Shown in pieces: positions 1 to 13,400 of a DNA stretch of 64,000 nt (position 1 is the first letter of the stretch; every line of letters starts with the position of its first letter). A model generated the notes under the pieces. The model was not told where the DNA came from. It did no database searches and was given only the letters and a program-made list of their open reading frames with translations. A program made the translations under genes and the position numbers. Source of the stretch: Octopus vulgaris (taxonomy: Eukaryota); assembly GCA_951406725.2 (NCBI GenBank), contig OX597816.1, positions 67,828,001 to 67,892,000 of the forward strand. Direction: 5' to 3'.

Positions 1-467
1 CCATTGCCCTTGCAGTAGCTGTACATACAGCATTTTGTGATTGTCTAATTGAAATCTCACGTGATGATTCATTTGCTCCCCTTCTTTTCAATTTCTCTGC
101 TAATGCCATTTTTTGGATCTCTTCTTTGAAGACATTATGTCAAAAAATATGACATAATAAACTAAGATGACAATTGTATGTTAATAATAATCTAATGTCA
201 ATAAAAAAAGGTAAATAATATCAATATTTCAGCAAATTTTAAGAAAAAGTTACTTCCCAAAGAGTTACCTCCCTTCTCTACAGAAGTTGTACTTTCCCCA
301 GGAAAGGGGGCTTTCTGGACCCAGAGGACCCATTACTCATTATGAGAAAAATTTTAAGAGTCTAAAGCCATCTCAGGAACATAAGCAATGCATGTTCCCA
401 GTTTGAAGAAGAAAATCAGTTGCAAACTTCTGAAGTTATGCAGGTTTACACACGCACAAATACTGAG

Positions 468-519
<52 letters not shown>

Positions 520-3415
520 AATGACATTACTTGTGACACACACACACATACTGAGCTTCTTTCCATTTCTGTTTACTGAATTCATTCACAAAGCTTTGTT
601 CATCCTGGTGCTGCAGTAGAAGTTGCTTGCCCAAAGTGTCACATAGTGGGTCTGGATCCTAAACCATGCAGTTGGGAAACAAACTTCTTGACCGCAGAGC
701 CATGCCAGTACCTTGTAGCCACAGATATTGGCTTCTAATTTTGGCACAAGGTCAGTGATTTCAGGGCAGGTTGAATACAATGACCCCAGTGCTCAAATGG
801 TACTTAATTTATCGATCTTGAGAAGATGAAGGGTAAAGGCGATCTCAGTGGAATTTGAACCTTGGATGTAAATATGGACAACATGTTGCAAAACATTTTG
901 CCTGCCATGCTCACAGTTCCCAGCTTATTACAGAATGAAATACAACACCAATAACAAAGATTGATTATCAACAATATGGTTTAATCTAACAGATGATTCC
1001 ACAACACTATGGGGTACGTTGTTTGTTTTGTTTTAAACATTCTTTTAGTATATTTAATATGAACATCTTAAAGGATAAAATTTATTCATAAGTACTTGAA
1101 GTAGCTAAAGCTATAAATAATAGCATGTAGAATATTGAATTAAAAATATGCTTAGATAGATAGAAAAAGTCAAAGTCTCTCAGGCATCCTTTGACTTTAT
1201 CCTATCCAAGGATAATTTATAGCTTTATCAACTTCAAGCTGCACCTTTAAAAGTGACTTATTAATTCATAAATATATTTTCTTGTTAAACAGTCTTACAT
1301 CTAGTTCTTCCATCAAAGCAAAATAAATAAGATAGTACATTGCTGGAGTAATTACTTTTACAATTGAAATGTCCTTCCTTGCCTTGACCATTCAGCCATA
1401 AAGACTAAGTGAAGCCTTTTACTTTCTATTTTTTCAGTTCAGTCAAGCAAATTGGGGCAAGAACATTAAATAATAATAATAATAATAATGATAATAATAA
1501 TAAAACCCTTAAAATAAGATAAATTTGTTTGTCATGAAAAGAATTGATTTCTGATATTTTTCATCAAAAAAGAGCCTTGCCCCAGAATGTTTCCCTTCTC
1601 TTTCACAAATCAAGAATTTTGAGAATTTATATTTTTCCCAGGAATAAGTATCTAGATGTCTTTGCTTTGATGTATGAAAGTAGTAACATTTTAACCATGA
1701 AGTCTGAAGCCTAATACATTAACCTCATGTCATCATCCTCATCATAGGTGATGATCTCTAATTGTAGCAAGAGCATGTGGAGCAGGTAGACCGAGGAAGA
1801 TGTGGGATCAAGTGGTAAAAAAGGACCAACAGACGTTGGGACTCACAAAGGGGATGATAGGGGAAAGAGACTCCTGGCGGTTTGCTGTGCTTGGAAAAAC
1901 ACATCAAGCTAAGTAAAAGTGTGATTACCCTTGCATACGGGCTCATCCCCTGCAACCCTTTCCAGCTGAGCATCCCTAATCTTACAGGCTCATAGGTGCT
2001 GGTGCCACGTAAAAAGCACCTGCATGAAAGTACCCAGTACACTCTTTAAAATGTGGTTGGTGTTAGGAAGGGCATCCAGCTGTAGAAACTATGCCGAAAC
2101 AGACATGGAGCCTGAACAGCCCTTCAGCTCCTGTCAACCCATGCCAGCATAGAAAACCGAAAATTTAAATGATGATGAAGACAATTCTATGCTAATAAGG
2201 GTTGGTCGTTTTGACAGGAAGCAATGGGTCCAAGGGCTGCATCATGCTCCTATGTCTGTCCTGGCATGGTTTCTATGATCAGAGGCGCTTCCTAATGCCA
2301 ATCACTTAACAGCATATACTGGGTGCTTTTGTCAGGCCACCAATACTAGTGAGATAGCCATGTAGCTCGTAAGACTATGAACCGAGAGAGTGGCATCTTT
2401 ATGCTAGATGTGAGGTTTAAAGCATGAGAGAAAAAAAGGCAGACTAGAGCAGGTTTCTTGCTGTAGAGGGGTTACATAGCTATTCACATTTTTGGAAGAG
2501 AAGATGGAAGGTGATCAGAGTGAAGCAGAGAAGAGAAAAGAGATAAAAACAGCAATGATAAGGTGTCAGTGTGGACCAAGACAAAATGAGTAGAACAGAA
2601 TGGGGGGGGGGGGTTTAAAGCTTGCAGGAGTGTATAGGTGAGTTGGAGATGGGGAATGGAAGGAACAGTGAATATAATCTTTTCTACTCTAGGCATAAGG
2701 CCTGAAATTTTGGGGGGGAGGGGGGCCAGTCGATTAGATTGATCCCAGTACAGAACTGGTACTTAATTTATTGACCCCGAAAAGATGAAAGGCAAAGTTG
2801 ACCTTGGCGGAATTTGAACTCAGAACATAAAGACAGTGAATATAATGAAGAACAAATGTTGAGTGAATGACAAGTAGAGGGGACAGGGAAGAGTAGGTGA
2901 TGACTGTAGAGATTAGACAGGGTTGAGGGATGGAAGTAGTGGATGTTGGATAAGGAGTGAGGATGACCAATGATGCACGGGGGACGGGAAGAAGAGTAAC
3001 AGAAACCTAGTGAAAGGAAGGAGGAGAAAAAGAGAGACAGGTAGAGTGCATGGGCAGAGTGAGAGACATATGGATATGGTGATGGAGAAGATGAGATGAC
3101 CAGGTAGCTTGTAGTGATGTTAATGTAAAATGTTGGTGAAGGACAGTATTAAGGATGAGGGACGGGTATAACATGAAGTGCCTCTGAATGGTGAAAAACA
3201 TTAGTGTCTCAAAGAAAAGCTGCAAGCCATTCACAGCAATTGTATTCCACAATAATTAGTTTTATATATTTAATAATTCTCCATTTGTTACCATATTAGC
3301 ATAGGTTATGCAAACATTAGTAAATTTATAAGTGGTGAAATGATAGTAATTATTAAATTAAAAATAACTGAAGTGATACAATTAGAGAATCCTTTAAGAT
3401 TGAGTAAGTCCTCAC

Positions 3416-3739
3416 CTTGAGTTTGTGTCATGTGATGCAAAGTTGCTTGAGGGTTTCCGGCTAGCTGGGGATTGTAGTGTGGTTGAGTATCAGGTGGTGC
3501 TCCTACTGGGTGTCCTCGCTGGAGATTTTGCTGGTGCTGAGCTTGGGCTCGCAATGACTGACGTATGATTTGGCTGCGCTGTTTGGACTGCATCATCTGT
3601 ATGCTGGGGAAAGCTTGCTGCTGTGTGTTGTGTTGGATGTATCCCTGAGTGGCCGGCTGGCGCGCCCGCAGCATGGTACGTAGCTCTTGCTTGGGACTGT
3701 TATACTGCGGAGACGCGAACCTTGCTGCTGCCGGACCTC
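3416..3739 (-). CDS. MED12: MED12 exon 30: [28 protein letters not shown]...HHMTQTQ
   Basis: gcactag/gtgagg; 324 nt, phase 1 to 1; Q-rich C-terminal region, GC-rich relative to the introns. Confidence 0.88.
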
Positions 3740-4477
3740 CTAGTGCAAGTGAGATGTAGTTAAGCAGGGACTAAATAAGGTATGACATTCCAAAACCACA
3801 ACCCTGGGGCCCTTTTAGTACTTCATAGAGGCACAGGGGAAAAACATCAAAACATCAATACAAATTGAATACTAATCATGTCATGGCATCTCTACTGTCT
3901 AAATCCATCAGGACTGGTGTCCACAGCTCAGGCACATGGCCTAGTGGTTAGAGCAGCGGACTCACGATCAAGGGATTGCGGGTTCGAATCTCAGACCAGG
4001 CGATGTGTGTGTTTATGAGCGAAACACCTAAGCTCCACATGGCTCCGGCAGAAGGTAATGGTGAACTTCTGCTGACTCTTTCGCCACTGCTTTCTCTCAC
4101 TCTTTCCTCCTGCATGTTGCAGCTCACCTGCGACGGACTGGCGTCCCGTCCTGGTGAGGAACCTATATGCCAAGTAAACTGGGAAACCGGCCCTTATGAG
4201 CCAGGCATGGCTCAAGAAGGCACAAACAAACAGCTCAGGCATACATAGAGCCATCTCTACTGCCTACAGATAGATTTGGAGGAGTGTCTACAGAGCAGAT
4301 ACAGACAGAGGTGGATCTACTATGCAGATACCCATACAGAAGTGTGCTTACAGAGCAGAGACATGGTCAGAGGTGTGTCAACTGAACATACACACATATA
4401 GAGGTGTGTCTATAGAGCAGAAACATATAGAGGCGTATCCACTGGGCAGATCATAGACAGATGTGTGTCTACAAAAC

Positions 4478-4512
<35 letters not shown>

Positions 4513-7111
4513 TGTGTATCCACAAAACTGATAGACAAGTAGTGTCTTGAAAATGTCTTAGACAGGGTTATATCCAATAGCAATAGATATCTTGTCCAAG
4601 GGCAAGTAAAGTTATGTCAGCTGCCTACAAACAGAAAGCAAAGTGTTCACCATCTAGACACATGTAGAATTATGACCAGAGACATGTAGATTCACTGTTC
4701 AAAGACATGCTGCATTGAGAGTCAGAAATATATATCATAACAGTGATAGAATGGTAGTAGAACTGCAACAATGAATTATATACCTCATCCTTATAAAGGA
4801 GTCTGAGGAAATTAAATGCATAATTTAAATTAAATCATTTGGCATATAAGAAACTAGTTGGAACAACACAAAATAAAACATATCAGAAATATTAAAACTA
4901 AAAGGCTTTATACAATACAAACACTCTTCTATATTGGTAATAAAAAAATCATTTCATAATTGTTAATAAAAGAAAAAAAAAACTCAAAAACTTGTGTGAA
5001 AGAGTTAATGTAAACATTAAAACAATGTAAGGAAATTATGAGGGTAAACAATAACAGTATCACTTACCAGGAGGCAAATGCTGTGTGGAATAATAAGGAG
5101 ACTGTTGCTGTGGTGGACCGTACCAATTTGGAGGGGGTCCAGGTTGGTAGATATCTTGACCATAATTAACTCGATGAGGAATTGGTTGGTGCTGAATCAG
5201 AAAGGATTATGGGGAGAAAATGAAAAACCCTTCAAGTTTGTGCCTACAATACACATATAATGTGTCCATGCATGTGTATGCATGCGTGTGTACACATACA
5301 CACACATGCATCCATCATCATCATTTAATATCTGTCTTCCATGCAGGCATGGACTGGATGGTTTGACAGGAGTTGCTAAGCTAGAGCTGTGCCAAATGCC
5401 ACTCTCTTCCTTGGCATGGTTTCTATGGTTGGATGTCCTCCCTAATGCCAACCCCTTTACAGAGTGGACTGGGTGCTTTTTTATGCAACACCAACACTTG
5501 GCAAAGTCTGCTATGGCATGGCTTTTACAGTTGGATGCCCTTCCTAATATATTTCACATACAAACACACATCACCATAATAATCTGCTTGCTTTTATGTG
5601 TCAAAATAGCAGAGTGGTAAAAATACAGCACTGAACTACCAGTTCAGGGGTTTGAATACACTGCCACATTTTTTAACAGAATGTTTTACTTAGGACATTT
5701 AGCAACAGACAGGAATTTCCAACACCAAAGTCCACAGGTCATCATGCCAAGGTGTAGAGTAGCTTAGTAGATATGCATAGAGTATCTACAGCACATTAAA
5801 TTCATCCTGGCCAGGACATCCACCAATTGGTAGATTGCTTTCTTGTCCACAAGGCATTTCCATTGTTTTATCATTTATCTGTTTCAGTCATTGGACTGCG
5901 GCCATGCTGGAGCACTGCTTTGAAGGGCTTAGTTGAACAAGCTAACCTTAGTACTTACTTGTTTTTTTCAAGTCTGGTACTTATTCCATCAGTGTCTTTT
6001 GCCAAATTGTTAAGTAACAGGACCACATAAAAACAAACCAATCTGGCTGACAAGCAATGAGTGAGGAGACAAACATGGTCACAAAGACACCCCCCACACC
6101 ACACACCATGTCCACAGTTTCTGTCTAACCAATTCACTTACAATGCTAGGACTATAGTAAAAAAACACTTGCCCAAGGTGCCTTGCAGTGAAATTGAACT
6201 CCAAACCATGTGGTTGCTAAGGAAACTCCTAAATCACACTGCCATGAAGATTATGACAGACCCTGTAGAAAGCAAAACAAATACATACAGCAAGAGAAAC
6301 CCAGTCCTCAGATAAATCCCAGCCAGAGAAATCTTGTCATTATATAAACACAACGAGGGGAATCTAGTCATCATGTAAGCACAACTACAGGATAATTTGT
6401 CATACAAACGCAAATGCCACCTACTGAGAGAATATATAATGAAATTAGAAGTGAATGACCCTACCTGCATATAGGAATTGGTAGTCCTGGGGTTACGTCG
6501 CCGCCTCTGGTGCTTCTTCTTACTGAGATCATCTTTACTGTTTTCAGCAGGTTCTTTTGGCTTCTCCTCCTGTAACTAATAAATAACATGACATTATGTA
6601 TTAGAATATGTGAGTGTGAGTGTAAGACTAAAGAGTTCCCTCAACTGAGTGGGAGTATGGTAGAAAGGAAGGGCAGCCTTATGCTAGCATTGCTCAGGCT
6701 GAAAAGTAGATAGAAATGGCCCTGAACTGTTCCTAGTGAAAGCAAGCTCTATAACGCTGTTGCATTTCTCTTGAAAAGTTACCTTTTATGCAAGAAATAC
6801 ACGTACAACAATCTGGGATCTAATCCACTATGCTACTGATAGGTGCTCAATAGCAGTTCTATGTTTAGTAATTTAAATTTGTCAATGATAAATATCTACT
6901 TCAAGAATATTACATAGAGTTAATTCAAGCATATTAAACAAAATTAATTAAATGTGAATGGAATTTTATTTAATCGGAAGTTATTATAAAACATAATATA
7001 TTAACTTTTATTCTTGAAATTCTATATGAAAAAGTATACTTTACAAGAAAGTATTTAAGAAAATATTCAACAAAAAGTATTGGGAGTTCAATAAAAATCA
7101 TGTTTGTTTGG

Positions 7112-7159
<48 letters not shown>

Positions 7160-7395
7160 TACCAAACAAACATGATTTTTATTGAACTCCTAATACTTTT
7201 TGTTGAAAACTGTCTTTAACATTTTCTTATTATTATCAAAGAATGTATATATGTATTTTAATACTTTTGTGACAACCAGTACTTAACACAACAAACCTTA
7301 TACAAAGCTTTACATTTTACTTTTGACAATATTTTTCTAAAAAGTGAAACCAGTCAAGTGAATAAATATCTTTAAAATTGCATATTCAAACCTTT

Positions 7396-7449
<54 letters not shown>

Positions 7450-8191
7450 TTATCATCGGCCATTCTAAATTTCCATTGACCGATGATAAGCATCATCTTG
7501 TGTTTTGAAACTTTAAGTACCATCGAATTTGTATCAAACTGTGTTGATCCATACATGTAGCTCCCAATAAATGTGTTGAGTGCCCTTCTTTCATTTGTCT
7601 ACTCACTCACTCACACATATATATATATATATATATATCTATCATCATCATCATCATCGTTTAACGTCCGTTCTCCATGCTAGCATGGGTTGGACGGTTC
7701 GACCGGGGATCTGGGAAGCCAGAAGGCTGCACCAGGCTCCGGTCTTATCTGGCAATGTTTCTACAGCTGGATGCCCTTCCTAACGCCAACCACTCCATGA
7801 GTGTAGTGGGTGCTATATATATATATATATATGAAATATATGTATGTGTGTGTTTCAATATATATGTTTATATATTCTGTGACAGATAGCTCACCTTTTC
7901 AGCAGGTGGTTCCAGTTCTTCTGCAGGCAGTGGTGGTGGTTCAAGGTAGCAACTGGTTGGTTGTCTCATCACATGAGTGTGATAGCATAATAACCTGAGG
8001 GAGATAAAATTGAAATAATATCAATACACATATAAGCAAAACAATCATTTTTTTTTTACTCACCCCCAGCCTAAACAATAACAATACTTTAATATCCTCT
8101 TTGATGAAAGCCAAAGCACAAAACATTAGATTATATTTTTTTTCCAGCATCTGAATTTTTTCAACTCTTATTGACAGAAGCCATCACCAGT

Positions 8192-8250
<59 letters not shown>

Positions 8251-10460
8251 GCTGAAAGAGCATCCAGTTGTAAAAATCATGGCAAAACTAATCTCACCAG
8301 AGCTAGTGGCAGATAAAAAGCAATGAGTCCACTTTGCAGAGAAGTTGGTGTTAAGAAGGGCATCCAGCCATAAAAACCCTGCCAAAATGGACACGGTAAC
8401 CTGGCTAGTTCTTGTCAACCATTCTACTTATGCATGTATGGAAGACAGGCGTTAAATGATGATGATGAATGTATGTATGTATGTGTATAGCATAAAAGAC
8501 ACTACATTTGTTTATAATCCTAATTTAACTTCTTGCATAAATTAATTAAAATAAGCGCCTAAGATAGACAGGCAAAGGAGTTAAGGGATGGATGAATGGT
8601 TAGAGAGACAGACAGACAGAGAGAGAGAGAGAATCTAAAACTGCAAGGTTTCCTGAGGAACAAGAATGGTAGAATAGTGAGACAGGACTTCAGCACCCTT
8701 TACAAAAGCCCTGCCAGGTGGTCTTTGTGTGGTTTTAGTAGAACACAACCTTGAGATGAAGATTTCCCAACAACCCAAGAAGCAGGATTTCTTCAGACCT
8801 TTTGCTCTCATAAGTCCCTAGGATCTGCAAAGACACCATACCTTCCTCTACTGCTTAAACCAAAGAAACAAACGGTAATTTTTTTCTAATAATCTTGGTG
8901 ATTATAAAAATAATTTTCATACCTGTATTGGTCATCATATTTGAGCATCTTCTTCTCCATCTTGACAGCACCAAAATATGTCCAAGACAATGGAGCTGGA
9001 TTTTTGGTTCCCTCAATTATCTCCCAAGGAGTTATCTTCACTTTTGAGGCAACTTGTAAACCCTGTCAACAAATTCAGGTATTAATACATTTTAATACAT
9101 CTTTAAAATGATTCTGCCTTATTTTTTCAGTTAAATGCTCTATCTCAATGAATTTCATTTGGCACAAGCAAACTGGATGTTGTGATGAGACACACACACA
9201 CACAAACACACAAAAGAAAAAACACTTTGAAACAAAAATGGCTTAACTAAAACATAGTTTCTCCGGCATTCATATACAGTTTGGTTAAAATTGAAATTTT
9301 GTATATGCACTCTACTCTTTAGAGTAGAGTAGCAAAAGTATATGCATATGTGTACATAAATGTATGTATGTATGTGTGCGTGTGTGTGTAATCTCTCTGG
9401 TGGTTTTAGATCACACAATGTTGAGCATATTTCAGTCTTTTTTTAAGGCATGAGAGTCTTTCACCTTTGCATTCATTATCTCAAAATTAATGGAAGCAGT
9501 TATAAACAACTATTTCTTTTATCATCTTCAATCCTCTCCCTTCTCAATAATCATCAATACATTTTCCTGAGTCCTATCTTTTATAAATCTGCCTTAATTA
9601 CTTCATTTGCCCATAAGATCTTCAACAAAAATCCATATTAATGCTAGTGACATCAACAAAGCTTTTGACTGTGTCTGGCACAACAACCTCCTAAGTTGCC
9701 TACCTATGTGTGCCATATGCCTGTAATTTAGTTCCAACTTTTTTAACATAACAGCGTATATAGTCAAGGCTCTTAGTCAACTCTAACTCAGAATTCAGTT
9801 ATGACTCCTACACTCTTCCTACTCTTAGCTAATGACGACTTACTTCTAACATCACTGATTCCTTAACTTTCTGCAAACAAGTGTCAACCATATATAACCT
9901 AGACACTGTATAACTTATCAGACCTGCACTACTTCCTTAAAGGCCTACCAGAAAAATATCCTCCAAATGGAACCTATGATAACAATGATCATGATACCAT
10001 ATAATATAAAACAATAAAAGAATTACCTGTTTCCTGCCAATAGAATCAAAACCTGCAATTTTATAACCTTTTGTGTCTACCAGTGTACCATGGGGCTCAC
10101 ACGTGATCACTTCATACAGTTTCTTAGGTAATGGCAGGAGCTGTCGGACTTTGTCAATACAAGTGTTATTTTTATCTCCTAGTTCTCGCTAAAGGAACAA
10201 ATAAAAAAAGAAAGATGGAAATATAAATTTGAAAAAGGTATTTAAGGTTAAGGTCTCCAGTTAACAAAAATAATTAAAAATCGAAACAAAAATAAAAGAA
10301 ACATGTAAGTATAGGCGCAGGTGTAGCTATGTGGTAAGCAGCTTGCTTACCAATCACTTGGTTCCGGGCACTTTGGGCAAGTGTCTTCTATTATAGCTTC
10401 GGGCTGACCAAAGCCTTGTGAGTGGATTTGGTAGACAGAAACTGAAAGAAGCCGGTCGTG

Positions 10461-10494
<34 letters not shown>

Positions 10495-13400
10495 AATGTT
10501 TGTCCCCCCCAACATCGCTTGACAACCGATGCTGATGTGTTCACATCCCCATCACTTAGCGGTTCGGCAAAAGAGACCGACAGAATATGTACTAGGCTTA
10601 CAAAGAATAAGTCCTGGGGTCGATTTGCTCGACTGAAACAAATAAAAGAATAAGTAATATTTGAAGCATTGTTCTTTCAAAGGTAATTGTATCTTCATTC
10701 ATTTAACATTTGTTTTGCTAAGCTAGATCAGTGCCCTGCAACTGAACCCGGAACCATGTGGTTTGTAGGCAAGCTACTTACCACACAGCCACTCCTGCGC
10801 CTATAACGTTACTCACTATTTCAATGTTGACAGAATAATTACCTAAACATAACAGAATACAGAAAAAGTAGGCACATACGAGGTAGTGCTGAAAAGTTCC
10901 TGGTTTTGGGTAACAAAAAAATACAGGAGGAACAGTCAATACTGCTTCTATTGAACATATTCCCCTCTCAGATGCATACACATATTGCAGTGGCCTTTCA
11001 GTTTTTGTAAACTCAGTAAAAGAACTCAGACGATTGAGCCTCCAGCCAGGCCTTTCTCAATACCCTTAGAGCCAGGAACTTTTCAGCACCCCTTCATATA
11101 TATTTAATTAGCTGAATTAATTCTTTCCTTACCTTTAATTTTTTAATAAGATTCTGGTATGTTCTCTTATTGTCGTCTCCTTTCTCATTAGAATCTCCCA
11201 ATAATGTACCATGGATCAACACATTCAACATGTCTATCACTGTTGTGAACAGTTCACTGAAGGAATTTTAGAAAATACTCAGGTAAATGGTGGCATATAT
11301 ATAAAGGTATGTGGGGGTAGAGGTAGCAGGTTGTGTAGTAAAGGTGACAGTAGTAATGACAGCAAGTTGTGTAGTGATAGTGGAAAGTTGTAGGTAGTGT
11401 AATGGTGTTGTTAATAGTAGCAGTAGGTTGTATAGTGGTGGTAGTGGTTGTGGAGGTGGTGATACTGGTGGTAATGGTGGAGGTAGCAGGTTGTGTAGTG
11501 AAGGGAGCAGACCTGAGGGTATAGATGATAGTCTGAGTGAAGGAGGCGAGCTGGCAGACACAATAGCACGCCGGGCGAAATGCTTAGTGGTATTTCGTCT
11601 GTCGTTGTGTTCTGAGTTCAAATTCCGTTGAGGTCGACTTTGCCTTTCATCCTTTCGGGGTCGATAAATTAAGTACCAGTTACGCACTGGGGTCGATGTA
11701 ATCGACTTAATCCGTTTGTCTGCCCTTGTTTGTGCCCTCTATGTTTAGCCCGTTGTGGGTAATAAAGAAACAGATAGTCTGAGTGATGATATAGTGGAAA
11801 AGCCAAACTGAAATATGGATGACACCTGATCTGTGGCAGCACCTTGTTCTGGCCTGGATATTCCTGCATACAACTCTGCAGCCATTGGAAGCAGTCGTGT
11901 AGTTGGAAAGCAGTTATGTGGTTGGAGGCTATTGTGTGGTTGAAGGCTACTGAGTGGTTAGAAAGCAGTTGTGTGGTTCTAGGCTATTGTGTGGTTAGAA
12001 AGCAGTTGCGTGGTTGGAGGCAATCATGGGGACAGAAGCAGTTATGTAGACAGAAGAAATTATATTATTGGAGAAAAATGTGTGGCTCGAGGCATTTGTG
12101 TGCTTGAAAGCAGTTGTGTGGTTAGAAGGTAGTTGTGTTACAAGAGGCAGGTGTGTGGCTGTTGTATGGTTCGAAGGCTGTTGTGTCATTAGAAAGCTGT
12201 TATGTGATTTGAAAGCAATTGTGATTGTTACTCAAAATCGTCCAACCCATTGAAAGCGGATGTTAAACGATGATGATAATGATGATGTGTCATTAGAAAG
12301 CATAGTGGTAGAGACAGTTGTGTGATTGGAAGCAGTTGTGTAGCTGAAGGCTGTTGTGAACTGGAATTAGTGTATGTGGTGAGAAGACTGTTGTGTAGTG
12401 AAAGCGGTTTGTGATTACATATAGCAAAGTGGAATAAGGACACATGACAAAGGGTAACAATATATAACAGAGATCAAAGCAATGAGACATCAGAAACATT
12501 AGCACAAGGGGCTAATATTAATAACTTACTAGTTAGTCTGCATATCAACCACACCATGACTGATTAACTGTACAAGTAAAACTGCCCAGTCACTGGTTGT
12601 GGCATTGTTTCTCTGGATTGTATCAAACATACCACCAACCTAAAAACAAAAAAAAAATCAGTTTAACAAAGTAATTAAAAAGAGGTTATTATGAAAACAG
12701 TAAACATCTACATTTTATGAGGGGATTTGGTAGATAGAAACTGTAAAAAAAAAGCATTCTATGTAAATGTGTGTGTGTCCGTTATTGTCTTCTTATGTTG
12801 ACTTACAGACAGCAATTCTACATGGTAGTGAGGCATGGGCCCTGAATACAGAGGATATGCGAAGGCTTGAGAGGAATGAGGCTGGTATGCTCTGCTGGAT
12901 GTGTAATGTAAGTATGCATGTTCGACAGAGTACTAGTATATTGAGAGAGAAGTTGGGCATAAGAAGTATTAGATGCAGTGTGCAAGAGAGAAGACTGCAC
13001 TGGTTTGGTCATGTGATGTAGATAGATGCCAATAGTTCCATAAAGAAGTGCTGATCTCTGAAAGTAGATGGAACACGTGGAAGTGGGAGACCCAGGAAGA
13101 CATGGGATGGAGTCATAAAGGATGACCTCAGGATGTCAAACCTTTCAGATGAGATGACGAAGGGCTGAGATGCCTGGTGCCTAGCGGTACTCAAAAAGAC
13201 TCATATTTCACATCTGGTGAAATAGAGTGCTATACTCAGGCACAAACAGCAATGGTGTGAAATTACAGTCTCTGATTGTAAAATACTCAGCCACTGACAG
13301 TATAGTACAATGTATAGCAAGTACTGCTGGTCAAGCAACTAAAATAGTCAGCCAACTACAGCATAATTCAATGAGTGAACAGGTCTGTTGATCAAACCAC

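Noticed and set aside
1-135. Minus-strand open frame FKEEIQKMALAEKLKRRGANESSREISIRQSQNAVCTATARAM as a further MED12 exon
   Set aside because: No convincing acceptor and unlike the Q-rich MED12 tail; possibly a transposon fragment, but truncated by the window edge and not assignable
3931-4005. tRNA gene
   Set aside because: A/B boxes continue into a SINE body with tail and flanking direct repeat; it is a tRNA-derived head
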